The position numbers and the translations under genes were made by a program. Under the pieces are notes generated by a model, which saw only the letters and a list, made by a program, of their open reading frames with translations, did no database searches and was not told where the DNA came from. From contig JBDOQK010000018.1 of NCBI GenBank assembly GCA_040437565.1, positions 124,001 through 188,000 on the forward strand: 64,000 nt of DNA, written 5' to 3'. Origin of the DNA: Albugo candida (taxonomy: Eukaryota). Every line of letters begins with the position of its first letter. The first letter of the stretch is position 1. Below are positions 63,402 through 64,000 of the stretch, in pieces.

Positions 63402-64000
63402 ATGACAGAACTATTTCTGAGTTACCGGGACGAATTTGAACAGTATCGGGATGATGCTTTAGAGCAGATCAAGCTATTGGAAACTACGGTCGAAGAAGGT
63501 TGGTGACAATGATTTATCGATGCGTAGCTCTCAGCTTTCATCGCAGATCAACGCGAGGTAATAGTTCGGAAGGCAGAGGGCAACATTGAAGAGGCTGAGC
63601 GTTACGTATGCAGACTTTGCATCAATACGATTTCCGATCGAAAACATCATTATCTTCTTTCTAGCTGCGAATACTCGAAAATGAATCACGTGCTGGTGAC
63701 TCGCAAGAGCGTAGGAAAATGCATCAGCAGTTGCGGAGTTGTAAATCACATGTCGATCGTCTCAAATCGCGACTCGATCGCACGAAACTGATCGGTCAAA
63801 GTCAACAAGAGCTTAACGCTCGACCAGAGCAGATGACCGCGGTGAGAAAATTGATCGGACCAGTGTCCACGTTTGTGTTTAATACTGCTGCGTCCTGTTT
63901 GGTAGCAAGAGAATATGATGCGATATCAGAAACGGCTGGATAGGTACATCAAATAAAGTCAAGTTCATTTTTTTCTGCTTTTCAGTGACAGAATGGGCTG
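63402..64000 (+). CDS. VTI1: Vti1-like Qb-SNARE (3'-truncated by window edge)
   Basis: MTELFLSYRDEFEQY...AEGNIEEAERYLRILENESR...RKMHQQLRSCKSHVDRLK (V-SNARE N-terminal domain). The copy at 62895 is a gap-flank duplication. Confidence 0.8.

Overview
Eukaryotic, intron-containing, gene-dense genomic DNA, most likely from an oomycete. An Albugo-like lineage is an inference from the short ~45-70 nt GT-AG introns, moderate GC content, secreted GH3 and GT71 genes and an RxLR-like ORF. The draft assembly has 15 gaps of 100 N, and most have duplicated flanks, so several apparent duplications and frameshifts are artifacts. Left end: a tandem array of at least 3 GH3 beta-glucosidases. The duplicated unit also carried an F-box/cytochrome-b5 gene: one copy is intact and one is a pseudogene with a candidate transposon next to it. 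The rest is mostly housekeeping genes: PKA-C, a SET-domain methyltransferase, LTN1, UBL3/MUB, LAS1, GT71, a FYVE-C2 protein, a type II SKP1, eIF4E, an enoyl-CoA hydratase, a PX protein, a METTL22-like protein, a CCDC112-like protein, NHP2, RPL15, PP2C and two Vti1-like SNAREs. Most notable: a protein joining Cys/His finger repeats, HMA domains and metallothionein-like motifs (candidate copper sensor); the F-box/heme-b5 fusion; a plant ASK20/21-like SKP1; and two candidate secreted effectors.
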